DNA from: Octopus vulgaris | Lineage: Eukaryota | Direction of reading: 5' to 3' | Assembly (NCBI GenBank): GCA_951406725.2 | Contig: OX597820.1 | Span: forward strand, 6,076,001 to 6,140,000 | Length of the DNA stretch: 64,000 nucleotides | The notes under the pieces: generated by a model | The model's database searches: none | Told to the model about the DNA's origin: nothing | What the model saw: only the letters and a program-made list of their open reading frames with translations | Shown: piece by piece, positions 26,890 to 41,284 of the stretch | How the letters are laid out: every line of letters begins with the position of its first letter | How positions within the stretch are numbered: the stretch's first letter is position 1 | Made by a program: the position numbers and the translations under genes

Positions 26890-28623
26890 CAGTAGTTTTA
26901 TTTTTATTTTTATAGCGTGCTTTCACTTCACTACCGAGCGCAGCTCTGTGTGCCTTGGGAATGTGCTATGATTTGTTGTGATGCTCTGATGGTTATTGTA
27001 TGGAAAGTGTTCTGCGTAGGATGTGTGCAGTGCCTAGTAGTGCAATTTTCTGTATGTTATATGTGTTTGTAAGTCCTGGTGTTTTTGTTATGTATTTGTC
27101 TGAATATTTTTTTATCATGCCTAATGCACCTACTATGATAGGAATTGTTTCTGTTTTCAGATTCCACATTCTAGTTACCTCTATTTCCAGGTCTTTGTAT
27201 TTTGAGAGTTTCTCCATTTCTTTTAGAGACACGTTGTCATCTGCCGGTACTGATACATCAATTAGAAAGCATTTTTTTCTTCATGGTCTCTGACAACTAT
27301 ATCTGGTCTGTTGGCCTTAATTTCTCTATCTGTGTGTATCGGCATATCCCAGAGTATGGTTGCTTTCTCGTTTTCTGTGACCTTTTCTGGTGTGTGCCTA
27401 TACCATCTTTTTTCTGTTGTTATTCCATAATGTTGGCATAGCTTCCAATGTATGTAAGTTCCAACTCTGTCATGTCTGTGAATATATTCCTTCTTAGCCA
27501 GGACTGGGCAGCTAGAGATAATATGATTTATTGTTTCTTGTCCATCTCCACATATTCTGCAGTTACTTGTAATATTTCTTTTCATTACATGTCTTTGGTA
27601 ATTTCTGGTGGGGAGGCTTTGGTCTTGTGCTGCAATTAAAAATCCCTCTGTTTCTGCTTTGAGTCCTGAGCTTCTCAACCATTGCTGGGATTTTTCTTTG
27701 TCTATTTCTTTTGCGTTTAGTTTAGTCCAGTATTTACCATGAAGGGGCTTTTCTTGCCATCGTTTTATCATGGTTCGTTGCTGTTCTATTTTTAGTTTGG
27801 ATTTCATTTTTTTTATAGCTTTTGTTGTTTCTTCATCTTCTTCTTCTTCTTCATGTTTATTAGGTGGTATGATTTCTTGTTTGTATTTGTCAGCTTCCTT
27901 AAATACTGAGAACAGTTTTTTGTTTTGCTCGTGTTTTGCCGCTATCTGGATCAGTTTTCCTTCCTTCTGAAGTAGATATTTTTGCAGTCCTATGGTGGTT
28001 ATTTTATAGTAGTTTTCCAGCTGTATAAGGCCTCTACCACCTTCTATACGTTGTATATATAGTCTTTCTATGTCAGATTTTGGGTGATGCATCCTAGATC
28101 CTGTCATTATTTTTCTTGTTTTCCTGTCTATTTTGGTCAGTTCATTTCGTGTCCAGTTAAGGATATTGTAGCTGTAACTTATAACTGGGACAGCTAAAGT
28201 GTTGATACCTATTATCTTGTTTTTAGCATTGAGCTCTGTGTTTAGTATTGATCTAACTCGTCTATAATATTCTTTTTTTATTTTCTCTTTCATTTGTGTG
28301 TGTTGTGTCTTATCTAGTTCATGGATTCCTAAGTATTTGTAAGTTTGGCTTTGGTCTAATTCTTTTATTTCATTTGCTTCATCTAGTGTGATATTGTTAC
28401 TCTTAACTAGTTTTCCTCTTTTCATGGTTACTTTGGCGCATTTTTCTAATCCAAATTTCATATCTATTTCTTTGGTAAATCCATGAACTGTCTTTAATAG
28501 TGTTTCCAGCTGTTTGTCATTTGCAGCGTATAGTTTTAGGTCATCCATATATAAAAGGTGGCTGATCGTTTTGCCGTAACATTTATATCCGCATCCAGTT
28601 CTATTTAGTTCTAATCCAGTTCT
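26890..28623 (-). mobile_element. R4/Dong-like LINE, 5'-truncated (RT C-terminus, CCHC finger, restriction-like endonuclease)
   Basis: LYMDD, GGRGL, CRICG..ETINHIISSC, RHD, RPDIVV, EK.SKY; one frameshift near 27275; (TAA)n on both sides. Confidence 0.93.
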
Positions 28624-28624
28624 A

Positions 28625-28689
<65 letters not shown>

Positions 28690-29614
28690 CAATAATATTA
28701 ATACGCTAACTTTTAGTTTTTGTTCGCATGTACTAGTGGTGTGTGTCACATTTCAAAGGAAGAAGTGGCAAAGCGGGAGAGAGGAGAGGACAGAGAGGAA
28801 GTGAGAGAAAGAGAGAGAAAGAGTGAGAGCGACAGTGAGCGGTAACAACATACGTTTTGTGTCTTAAAATATTTATCAGAATCTTCAGAGTATACTGATA
28901 CATAGATCACAAGAAAAGTAGATACATAGATACATACACACATTGATAAATTAAAAGCGGAAGAGAGGAGGGACACAGAGGTTGTGAGAGAGAAAGTGAG
29001 AGACGGTAGATTCATAGATCGGAAGAAAAGTTGATACATAAACACATAGACATATTGTTAAATCAAAAACAAATAACTACAACAAATATTAGATGTCACT
29101 TTCACTTTTCATTACCACTCGAGGATAAACTTAACTCCTATGTGGCTGAGTACTCCACAGACATGCATACCATTAACGTAGTTCTCAGGGAGATTCAGCT
29201 TCACACAGAATATGACAAGGCTGGCACCTTTCAATTACAACAACAACTAATCTTCGCCAGTCGAGTGGACTGGAGCAAAATAAACTTTCAAGTGGTTGGA
29301 AGAAGAAGAAAGGAAAATATCCTATAAAGGGGCAGGAAAATCTATTTAGTCATTACGGTCACTATGGATGTTCATCCGGTCCAGCAGCATTTGTGGGTCT
29401 CACATATGTGGAGCCAAGTCCCCAGGTAAACACCGATCTGCAGTCTGTTGTTATCAGACTGAGCGTGAGTCAAGGACGAAGTCACTACAAGACGGAATAG
29501 CAATTATTTCGTCTTAGCTACCACTGCTTATACTAAACAGATGACACTTTTGCCCCACGATATGGAACATTTCCTTTTCTTTCACGCTATCAAAATAAAT
29601 AGCACTTCCTGCTT

Positions 29615-29902
29615 ATCTGATCAATGGAACAGACTGCTTTTAAAATATAACGTGCAAGTGGCTGAGTACTCCGCAGACATGCATACCATAACGTAGTTCT
29701 CAGGGAGATTCAGCCTCACACAGAATATGACAAGGCTGGTCCCTTTGAATTACAGCTACAACTCATTTTTGCCAGCCGAGTGCACCGCAGCAAGGTGAGG
29801 TAGAGTAGCTTGCTCAAGAACACAGCCTGCAGCCGGGAATCGTACTCATGACTTTATGATCGTGGGCCGAATACTCCTAAGCACTGAGCCATTCACCTTC
29901 AC
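29615..29902 (-). mobile_element. SINE family D (partial copies at 29135-29285 and 19790-19905)
   Basis: Head tggctcagtgcttagg...gagtacgattccc; body gttctcagggagattcagc repeated. Confidence 0.78.
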
Positions 29903-30457
29903 TCTCTTAGCTGTAGAGAAAAGGAATGAAGCGAAAAAGACGAAAAAGGGAATTTAAAATGACAATTAGACTGAAATACGATCTTTGCCAGCTTCTTTAC
30001 TTTTAACAATGAAGAAAAAGAAAAGACATTTCGTAATGAGTAGAGAGAAAGTCTCTCAGGTGTTCACGTTTTTATTCTGGCAGTTCTAAAAGAGTGTTAG
30101 TTCTCTCTTCTTTCCCCCACGCCCGGTACTTATTCGCCTTCTTTCATAGTTCTTCATGTCTTTTAGTTAGGGAAAAGACCATGTTATTTTTTCAGGCACA
30201 TTTAACGTTTCCTCTACAAACTACAAACAAGCCTACTTTCCTCCCTTCCTATTTTTTTTTCATACAAAAACTAATGCAAATTTCGAACGGAGTATAACTG
30301 TGAAAAAGAGCCCAGAAAACTGGGTAATGCCCCTACAAAGTGTGTGGGAGGTAAAAGTTGCCAACAGGTGGCTACACAAAATTCAACTCTGTACTTTAAA
30401 GAGTGTCTTCTAACCTCATGAGTGGATTTGGTAGACGGAAACTGAAAGAAGCTCGTC

Positions 30458-30528
<71 letters not shown>

Positions 30529-30661
30529 GTGAGGCATTTCCCCCTCTATATTTGAAGAGGTCTTAGGCCAGCGTATTTGGGATCTGAAGACACGCGGTAA
30601 GGGTAAACAACCTTATGAGCGAGGAACCCAGGGTAACCCCCAAAACCGGCCTTCCCCATTA

Positions 30662-30767
<106 letters not shown>

Positions 30768-31180
30768 TATGTGCGTGTGTTTGTGTCTGTCCCCCCGAAA
30801 ACATCGCTTTATAACCGATGTTGGTGCGTTTGCTACCCCGTAACTTAACTGTTCCGCAGAAGAGAATGATAGAATAAGCATGAGGCTTGCAGGAAATAAG
30901 TCTAAGGGTCAATTTCTTCGATTGAAGGTCGGCACTCCAGCATGGCCACCGTCAAATGACCAAAACAAATTCTGTTTATGTTTGCGTAACTGAGATATTT
31001 AGGTTGGATTATACATAGTTATCGATTTTACATTTCTTTCTATATTCTGTAACTGCCACAATATAGAAACACTTCTCATGGCACCGACACACAATTTACA
31101 GATGTTTACATTTTTTGTGTTTTCCGTGAAGTTTTCATGGGATCCCGCTAGTTATTATTATTACTATTACTATTATTATT

Positions 31181-31735
31181 GAGTGAGAGAGCAGTGCATG
31201 CCATCAAAGTGACACTGGGGTAAAATATACGAAGCCCAGTATACCCATCATGACTACCCGTCTGATAAAGGTACACCAGGCACATGCATCACAACCATAT
31301 GTACGCGACATAGTGATCTCATATCAAGATAAACAGCGCATGTCTTTGCAGGTGAAGCCCAGTTAGAATTTTCTTCTGGTCGAGTAACCCATCCCACTCA
31401 AAAGGTTCCTGAATAAGGGTTGTTTAAGGATGTTGAACGAAACACCCATGTTTCCAGAGGGGAATTATCCAAATCTCTAAGAATTTCTTTCAACACACGG
31501 CTATGATGCTCCCCCACTACTTCTGCTCGTGATCAGAGATGCACATATCGTCAGCCACTATGGGACATGCTCAACTGGTTAAGGTCAAACAACTGACAAG
31601 CAAATCTGTGGTATTGAGCAGAATATTTGCTGTAGCCCATCTTTTATACCAAGACAAAACAATGGACATGATAACACTTCTAATCAGTTAAGATCAGAAG
31701 CCACGAGAACCACTGTCTGGTACTGCATCAGGCCA
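31181..31735. mobile_element. Non-coding element of about 550 bp inserted in (TAA)n
   Basis: Sharp compositional boundaries with TTA repeats on both sides; no ORF. Confidence 0.55.
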
Positions 31736-32144
31736 TCTATTAAAATTATCATTATTATTATTGTTGTTGTTTTATTTCTCAGAGCTCGGTCTTGTTTGCT
31801 CTGGTCGATCCTGTGAAAGCGAACCGCCGCCTGATGTCACACAGGGTCTCACAGGGTCTCCTTCTGCACACATTATATGCTTTGATACTTCATCGTAAGT
31901 TAGAAAATCACGTATTAATTGAACAAGGGAAACCAGTAAGAAAGATGTCGAGAATTGAATGCTGGATATATGGACATTAATTTTGTTTGATAAAGTTTTA
32001 GCACAGAAATTTCAGCGCATTTGGTTGTATATCTTTAATAAATCTTGACTCTTAGAATTTCTATCCCTTTTCAGTATGTGTATGAAATACGCACATATAC
32101 ACACCAACATATGTATACGCACACACGCGTACGCATATGCATAT

Positions 32145-32180
<36 letters not shown>

Positions 32181-32280
32181 ATTGTGTATATAATATATAT
32201 ATGTATATATCATATGCGTGTATTATATGTATATATATATTATAGGTATATAATATATATATATATATATTATATGCGTG

Positions 32281-32321
<41 letters not shown>

Positions 32322-32637
32322 TTATATAAATATGATACATACAATACATACAAACACATACACGCACACATAATTATACGTACACATATATAAATAAATT
32401 TCCATATGCGTGTGTTAGAATATGTACAAATATTTATTGTCATAGATATTCAATATGTATACGAAAGATTACAAGTGCGTATATGAACATCTTTCTTATG
32501 TGTATGCAAATTTGATTTAAGATATACGTGCGTTGGCATATATGTGACTGCATATGCGCGAGTTCGTGTTTTAAACATAGATAGATATATACATACAAAT
32601 ACACTCACACACACACACATATAGATACATATGTATG

Positions 32638-32639
<2 letters not shown>

Positions 32640-32689
<50 letters not shown>

Positions 32690-32769
32690 TATTTAAATAT
32701 ATATATATACATATGCATATATATATATATATGTATATATCTATATATATATATATACATATATATTTA

Positions 32770-32800
<31 letters not shown>

Positions 32801-32885
32801 GTATATATCTATATATATATATACATATATATTTAAATATATATATATATATACATATATATTTAAATATATATACATATGCATA

Positions 32886-32928
<43 letters not shown>

Positions 32929-33050
32929 TTATATATATATACATATATATTTAAATATATATACATATGCATATATATATATATATATACATATTACTAT
33001 ATATATACACATATATATATATATATACACACATATATATATATATATGT
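32640..33050. repeat. (TA)n with higher-order unit acatatatatttaaatatat
   Basis: The tttaaa interruption recurs five times. Confidence 0.9.
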
Positions 33051-33843
33051 GTGTGTGTTTTGCATAGATTCATATATATGTGTGTCTACGTGCGTGCACA
33101 CGAGTAGGGTTTTGCTGGTGAATATATGAAGACAATGAAATGATCGCGTCTGACTTAAATTAGTTTTAAAACCTTCAACATTCTCCTCGGTTAGTAAACT
33201 CAGGGATATTAAGTCCTGCTTTATCTTTTATAAATCATCAACCCTGCTGAGTTCAGCCCCTTTGTTCTGCTTTCAATAACTGGTTTAGCTATCAAGATAT
33301 GCATGTGATAGGAAACCGAACCGAGCAAAGCAAGTGATATGCGCACATACATGCATATATATACATACATGTATATATATATATACTGTTGAAGCTGCTT
33401 GCATTGTGTGCACCGAAATGTGCACATAAACTACATTAGCTTCACGCTGTTGAATGCGAGTTTATCTGTTGGGGTTTACAGAGGTGGTGGGTAACTGTTC
33501 GCTAGTAAAAGTGGGACAATGGAAGATGTTGTGTTTATTGGGAGACTACAGCAGCAACAGTAACAGCAACAACAGCAGCAGCAGACATTAAAGCCGAGAA
33601 TAATGTGCCAAGAAGTTAATGACAAACATGGGATTCATTATAATGTCAGGAATCTTAAATAGAAACTTCCTTCTGTCTTCTGCATGACAACTTCTCAAGA
33701 GTTAGGGAAATTTCTTTCCCTTCGCCCAATATGTTTCCGGTCAAAAGCAATCGTCTTTCTCTTGAAATCACTTATTATAATATGTTATTGAAATATATGA
33801 GATTTTCTGCGAAAATTCCTTTTGCCTCTACCACAATAATTCC

Positions 33844-34213
33844 GTGGGACCATTGAGGCGGCTGGATGGAACCTACACTCGCCTCCTTATGAGAGCTCAA
33901 ATTCTCTCGTGCAAGCTTCATCCAACCAAAGTACAAATATATGGGAAGTTACCACCTGTATCATCTCTTGTGAAAGGTAGAAGAGTCCAGTTTACTGGAC
34001 ATTGTTGTAGAGCTGAAAACGAGGTAATTTCTACACTTCTCTGGAAGCCATCTGCTCGCGATACCAAAGGGCACACACTCTCCTACCCTGATGTAATCTC
34101 CAGGGATACATGCATCCAGCAACAGGACCTCTGTAATGCTATGATGGACCGTAAAGTCTGGTGTAACATAGTAAATTCCATTGTCTCGACCACGGTCGAA
34201 CAACGATGATGAT
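33844..34213 (+). mobile_element. RTE-type LINE 3' fragment
   Basis: RLDGTYTRLL..., YGKLPP, R..F.GHC.R C-terminal motif; (GAT)n tail. Confidence 0.75.
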
Positions 34214-34469
34214 CTCCGGTTTCATTAGCAGTAAGCAGGTGAAAAGCATTCGGTGTTTACTTGCTTCTGGTGACTTTCAAAGAAGCAGATAAACGTATTT
34301 AGAAATTCTTTACGACTAGCACTGATATATTTCTGTGTTTTTTAACACTATGCGTTTAGAAGAGATGCTATCTCGATACGAATACCGCAGTTTACAGGTT
34401 GTCTAGAGCATATCTACGAAAAGTATGATACACTAAATTACATACACACACACTTACACGCATATATAA

Positions 34470-34513
<44 letters not shown>

Positions 34514-34590
34514 ATTCCAAACATGAACAAGCTAGAGAAAACAAGGACGTGGAATAAGTACAGTTCATGAAAGGAAAGAAAAGAAAGAGG

Positions 34591-34625
34591 ATTTCACGTT
34601 TCGAGCGGAGCTCTTCATCAGAAAT
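34591..34625 (-). ncRNA. Minimal Penelope-type hammerhead; cleavage triplet GUG, probably inactivated
   Basis: ATTT-CTGATGA-aGAGCtccGCTC-GAAAC-GTG-AAAT inside a (TA)n-flanked cassette at 34511-34649. Confidence 0.72.
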
Positions 34626-35864
34626 ATAGAAAAAGTCCAAAGAAGGGACATATAAATATGTATGTATATATAAATATATATGGAATGCTCATGATACCAT
34701 GATAACATATAAGCGTGTTGGCGTGTTTTAGTTATTTTAAACCTGGCAGATTCTATTGCCGTTCACGGAGGAACGCAAAGATTTCTTTTACCTTTTGCAC
34801 ATTGTAGGTGCATTATGTCACTATATGAGTTTCCTCCCCTGTAGTAACTGGGCAGTAACAGGGGAAACAGTTTCTTGAGATAATGCAGTGTGCTAAAGGG
34901 TAAGAGATGGGGAATAATCAGCCTCGGTACTTAACTCGTACTTTATTGATTCGGAAAGATAAAAGTAAATTCGACTTCAATGGGACTTGAACTCAGAACA
35001 TAGTGTGCAGGACCAAATACTATCAAGCATTTTGTCCGACGCACTAACGATTCTGTTAATTCATCTAAACACACCAACGTAATTTAAAATATTTATCTAT
35101 ATCGAAGGACTCTTTAGACTATGAACTACGTAGAAACCTATAAACAACTGATTTGGATGGTCATGATTGGCTTGTCTTTAAGCAATAACAAAAGGCCTGC
35201 TATTTAAACGCTGGCGAGGTTTGATCCCAGGAACAAGAGGCAATCTACTAAAATGCATAAAAGTATTTCGTTTCTTTTAAGGCAGTGAGCTGGTGGAATT
35301 GAAACCGCGTCAGACATAATGCTTAGCGACATTTCTTCCGACTTTACGCCGAGTTCAAATTCCGCTGGGGTCGACGCTGCCTTTCATCCTTTCGGGGGCG
35401 ATCAAATAAGTAGCAGTTGAGTCCTGGGGTTCAATTAAATTAACTACCCCACCCCTAAACTTGTTGGCCTTGAGCCAAAATTTGAAACCTTCACTTTCGT
35501 CTGTCTGCAACAACTAAAGTATCTCTTTATTTATAACTATTTTCTCTTACCCTCCTACTGCCTTATCTTCTTTTCCTCCTCTTACTCATTTTCTTCTATT
35601 TTCCCCTTACTCCTCCTTCTCCTCCTTCTCCTCCTCCTCTTCCTTCTTCTTCGTTGTCTGTAAATTCTAGAATTCATGCTGTCGTCTTGTTAGTCGCAGA
35701 ATCTTTATTGCAATAAAGCAACCCATAATATGATTACTTAAACATTTTAAACATCCACGACTTTCGTCCGCTTCTTTAATTAAATGACTTAATATCATCG
35801 ACATGTTTCTTGTTAACCTACTGTCACCTGATCTCTTATTTCCTCCCCTTCTCCTCCTCCTCCT

Positions 35865-36140
35865 CTTTCTTCTTCTTCTTCTACATTTTCTTCTTCTTCT
35901 ACATTTTCTTCTTCTTCTTCTTCTACATTTTCTTCTTCTTCTTCTTCTACATTTTCTTCTTCTTCTTCTTCTACATTTTCTTCTTCTACATTTTTTTTCT
36001 TCTTCTTCTTCTTCCTCCACATTTTCTTCTTCTTCTTCTTCCCCCTCCTCCTTCTTCCCCCTCCTCCTTCTTACCCCTCCTCCTCCTTCTTTCTCCTCCT
36101 CCTCCTCCTCCTCCTCCTCCTCCCCCTTCTTCCCCTCCTC
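35865..36140. repeat. Polypyrimidine repeat [(CTT)n-CTACATTT] followed by (CCT)n
   Basis: Direct reading. Confidence 0.92.
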
Positions 36141-36487
36141 CTAGCATTCCTTATGGTAATGGAAGTGAGATCCGATCGCAACGTTGCTGCATCTCATTAT
36201 TGTTCCTGCAATGCTATTTTCAATGACTTTGATGTTGCTACTACTGCCCCCTGCTGTTATTATTGTTGCTGTTGCTGGTGTAGTTTAGCCCCAGATCAAA
36301 CATTATCCAGCAGACCTATGATCAGAAATTTTCAAACGAGAAAATACCTTCTTTTGTACGGGCATTGTGTATCTAGTGTTACATCAACTAATGTGTCATT
36401 CTTTCTTGTTGTTTAAGCCTGGATCAGCTCTGATCCAGTCGACTCATTTCCAATGTCTGCTCTCGGCAAAGAAGACACCTAAAACTA

Positions 36488-37554
36488 TTGGGTTGGAAAC
36501 TAAGTTCCCGCCGTTTTTTAAAATTTTGGAATTATTGCATTTTTAAATTTTGGAATCTATTTTTTTCGAGAATTATATTTTTGAATCATTTTGGAATCTA
36601 TTTTGTATTTTTTCGAGTTAATTTTAGTTAATTTTTGTTTATTTTCAGATCATTAAAATGGAATGTTAAGTTTAAAAAAAACGAGCATTTTCGACACCTC
36701 CTTTATTTTTGCTTTTAATCAAGGTTCTAAGGCCGCAAAAGCTGCTCGTGACATTTCTGCTGTGTATGGAGAGGGTGCCATAGTTGAAAGAACCGCTCGT
36801 GATTGATATGCCAAGATCAAAAAATGGAAATTTTAACCTCAAAAACGCACCTCGTTCTGGCCGTCCAGTTGAGTTCGATGAAGAGCTATTAAACCAACTT
36901 TTGCACGAAAATGCTCGTCAGACGATGAGGGAACAGGCAGAGAAAATGGAATACTCCCACACTGCTATAGAGAAGCATCTTCACTCGATGGGAAAGGTTC
37001 AGAAGTATGGAGCATGGATTCCGCATGCTTTAAGTGATAACAACAAAAATCAACGAGCCACAATCTCCGTTGGTTTGCTTGCTCGTCATCGCTTAACTCA
37101 TGGACACAAACAAAGATTTCTTTACCGAATCGTTACTGGCGACGAAAAATTGTGCCTGTACATCAATATGAAGCAGTGTAAGGAATGGCTTAGCCCCGGT
37201 AAACAAGTGACACTGCATGTAAAACAAGATCTTTATGCGCGTAAAACGATATTGTGCGTATGGCAGGAGTAGGAAGGGATTATCCATTACGAATTGCTTG
37301 AATGGAACCAAACGGTCAACGCGGAACTCTATGTTCAACAGATAGAACGACTCAAAACGGCTATTCAAGAGAAAAGACCTAATCTGCAGCATGGAGTTCT
37401 TCTGCTACACGACAACGCCTGCCGCCCTCATATCGCCAATATGACCAAGGAAGCCATTCAAGGAAGCCTGGCTGGGATTAATTAGTTGTTATTTTTATTA
37501 AACATTTAAAAAATTAAAATTTAAAAAACGGCGGGAACTTAGTTGTCAATCCAA
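36488..37554 (+). mobile_element. Mariner transposon with decayed, internally deleted transposase
   Basis: TIRs ttgggttggaaactaagttcccgccgtttttt / aaaaaacggcgggaacttagttgtcaatccaa, TA duplication; RSGRP, WIPHAL, TGDEK, HDNA present; YSPDL region missing. Confidence 0.95.
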
Positions 37555-37609
37555 TATTAGAGAATTTAGACTGCACTCCACCGGGTCATATTGCTTACAA
37601 GTCACAGCT

Positions 37610-37669
<60 letters not shown>

Positions 37670-37805
37670 TATATATAGTTTTTCCCATGAGTTTGTCTTA
37701 CTGCTCGAGCTCCACGCATCTGGGGGAAGCCAATAAAAGTATATATATATATATGTATCTATATCTATCTATCTATCTATCTATCTGCCTATCTATTTAT
37801 CATTC

Positions 37806-38182
<377 letters not shown>

Positions 38183-38464
38183 ATATAATACCTGTTCATC
38201 ATCTCCAAACCTTCCAATATATATATATATATATATATATATCTGTATACTATGTAGTATGTCAATACACACTACCCACATAGAAACATATAGATACTCG
38301 AAGACCCTGAAACGCACACTTGAAACGGTCCCTAAACATTTCCACTGAAAATGAAATATTGAACAAAAGCGCTGAAAGATAAATGACAGAGTTAGGGGTT
38401 AGGGGGCAGGGTCGTCCGAAATTCTGTGAATGGCGAACTAAAGACTATTGTAAAGACGACTTAC

Positions 38465-38562
38465 CCAACAGTTAAATTCATTTTTTCCATCTTTGCTACG
38501 AGTTATAACCAGATTATCAATCAATCCATTCTGCTCGTTTAAGAAGGCAAGGCACTCAAATT
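38465..38562 (-). CDS. Exon E (E-FECLAFLNEQNGLIDNLVITRSKDGKNEFNCW)
   Basis: Acceptor ttattctctgtttcag, donor tgg|gtaagt; 98 nt, phase 1 to 0. Confidence 0.85.
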
Positions 38563-39036
38563 CTGAAACAGAGAATAAAGAATAAAGAATAGATGCGATA
38601 AGGAAGTATATAGAGTTGATTAAAGTTCAATGTTGATTGAGGAAATATGTGCACTGGAGAAACTAGGACTGGGTAAGGGGTGGTGGTGTTTAGGAGAGAC
38701 TAAGCATGAATTAAAGGCTAAGAGTCTGTTGTTATTAGGATGACGATTGGATAAAGATAGAGACGGATCATGAAGCTACATTGATTTTAAAATTTTGACA
38801 CAAGGCCAGCCAAGTGGGTAGTCAATTAATCCAAAAACCCAGTACTCAACTGGTACTTATTTTATCAAATCCGAGAAGATGAGAGGCAAAGATGACCTCA
38901 GCAGGATTTGATTTCGGAACGTAGAGACGGACGAAATACTGCTAAGCATTTTCCCGGCGTGCTAACGATTCTGCCAGGTCGCAGCCTTGGGTCACGAAGA
39001 TATCTTAAACGACGTATTACATAAATCAGCAACAAG

Positions 39037-39355
39037 TGGAGGCACAATGGCCCAGTAGTTAGGGCAGCGGATTCGCGGTCGGAGGATCGTGGTTTCGATT
39101 CCATTGTGTGTGTTTATTGTGCAAAAACACCAAATGCTCCACGAGGCTCCGGCAGGGGTGGGGGCGTCCCTGTTGTACTCTTTCGCCCCAACTTTCTCTC
39201 ACTCTTTCTTCCTGTTTCTTGTCCCTGACTTCCTACGCAACCGCTGAGCCTGGATGCGCATTCATCCATCCGTCGATGCTCTCGGTGTCGGGGGTTGACC
39301 TGCTTTCTCTTCAGCGGGTCTTACGAATAGCAAAGGACCACGTTTTTGGACCGTT
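39037..39355 (+). mobile_element. SINE family C with a different tail
   Basis: Head and body (ggctccggcag...actctttcgcc.caactttctctca) match the 6470-6785 copy. Confidence 0.8.
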
Positions 39356-39489
39356 CAACAGCCACAGCAACAGCAGCAGCAACCGATTTCTATTGAAGAT
39401 GTTTTATGCATTATGTTAGCCATGTGCGATGCTTTGTGAGTGAATTTAACAATAGGAAGAAACTTCATAAAAGAGGAATCACATCTTAC

Positions 39490-39666
39490 CTTGAGGGATC
39501 AAAAGAGCTGAACAGGTATCTGACCTCAAAATAAGAGAGCTTTCGGTAAGACACGTATTCTCGTTCCAATCTCCTATCGTCCCTTCACAGTACTGTCCAT
39601 CGTAGGTTCCACTGAAGGGAATGCTGCTTTCCAGACCACAATACGACGGCCACAGATTCTCCATTT
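39490..39666 (-). CDS. Exon D (MENLWPSYCGLESSIPFSGTYDGQYCEGTIGDWNENTCLTESSLILRSDTCSALLIPQ-E)
   Basis: Acceptor tttgtatttgtttggcag, donor ag|gtaaga; 177 nt, phase 1-1; lies within ORF 39479..39790. Confidence 0.85.
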
Positions 39667-40139
39667 CTGCCAAACAAATACAAAAAGAAATCAGAGTTTG
39701 TTGTTTCGAGAATTCTATCGAGGTAACAATTGCGGTATTTTTGTTAGAATTATTCAAGTGAATTATTCGCCACCGCTGACGGATGGACATTCCAAAAATG
39801 ATAAAACAACGGATTCTAATTTTGGAGCTATTTTTAAAGTGGTGTAGGAGAGTCTATTTCAATGACCCCCAGTACTTCACTGGTACTTTATTTAATCGAG
39901 CCCGAAGGAATGAAGGATCAAGCTGACTTATTATTTCTACTATAGGCACAAGGCCTGAAATCTTATGGGGAGAGGGGGCATAAACGATTCCCTCCAGTGC
40001 TCAAATGGTACTTGTTTTATCGACCCAGAACGGATGAAAAGCAAAGTTAACCTCAGCAGAATTTGAACTCAGACGTAAAGACGAACAAAATGCCGCTTAA
40101 CATAATAATGATCATAATAATAATAGTAATAAGGAATTT

Positions 40140-40636
40140 CTTTCTTTATTACCCACGGTGGGGGGGGGGGCTAAACATAGAGGGTGCAAAGAAGGACACA
40201 CAAAGGGATTAAGTCGATTATATCGACCCCAGTGTGTAACTGGTACTTATTTAATCGAAATATCTATTTCTATTTCTTTACTACCCACAAGGGGCTAAAC
40301 ACAGAGAGGACAAACAAGGACAGACAAACGGATAAATCGATTATATCGACCCCAGTGCATAACTGGTACTTATTCAATCGACCCCGAAAGGATGAAAGGC
40401 AAAGTCGACCTCGGCGGGATTTGAACTCAGAACGTAAAGACAGATGAAATACCCATTTCTTTACTACCCACAAGGGGCTAAACACAGAGAGGACAAACAA
40501 GGACAGACAAACGGATTAAGTCGATTATATCGACCCCAGTGCGTAACTGGTACTTATTTAATCGACCCCGAAAGGATGAAAGGCAAAGTCGACCTCGGCG
40601 GGATTTGAACTCAGAACGTAACGCCAGCTCACCGCC
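40140..40636 (-). mobile_element. SINE family A tandem trimer
   Basis: Three tail copies, bodies partly deleted; older copies nearby at 38790-38980 and 39860-40100. Confidence 0.88.
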
Positions 40637-40891
40637 CTCTAGTAGTAGTAAGATGAATATTATAATACACTTTCGCAGTGGCAGGAAAATGTAGGGACAA
40701 CTATTGACATTGAAGCTATAAAAACGGTTGAAACGGGCGTTCCGTTGGTCTGTCCAAGGCAGGATTAAACAAACATAGCAAACGTTTAAATCTATCTTAC
40801 ATGTTTAGTGAACTTGTTTAACTTACGAACGCAGGGACAGCCAAAGGTTTTGGGGTATATCACATAGTAAAGTTAAGAGAAATAAGCACAG

Positions 40892-40937
<46 letters not shown>

Positions 40938-41109
40938 ACGCGCCCGCACGTGAATTTATGTATGTTTGTGTGCATATTTGCGTGTATGTTTGCGCATATC
41001 TACCTATGTATAGCCATGTTGTTAATCTATATGTCGTCTCTCTCTCTCCTCTTTCTTTCAGTGTTTCTCTCTCTTTCTCTCTCTCTCCGTCTGCCACATC
41101 CATCCATCC

Positions 41110-41170
<61 letters not shown>

Positions 41171-41174
41171 CATA

Positions 41175-41284
<110 letters not shown>

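Noticed and set aside
38270-38371. Possible next exon (WKCLGTV...) after exon E
   Set aside because: Phase-0 acceptors exist, but the donor is poor and the peptide is unconvincing
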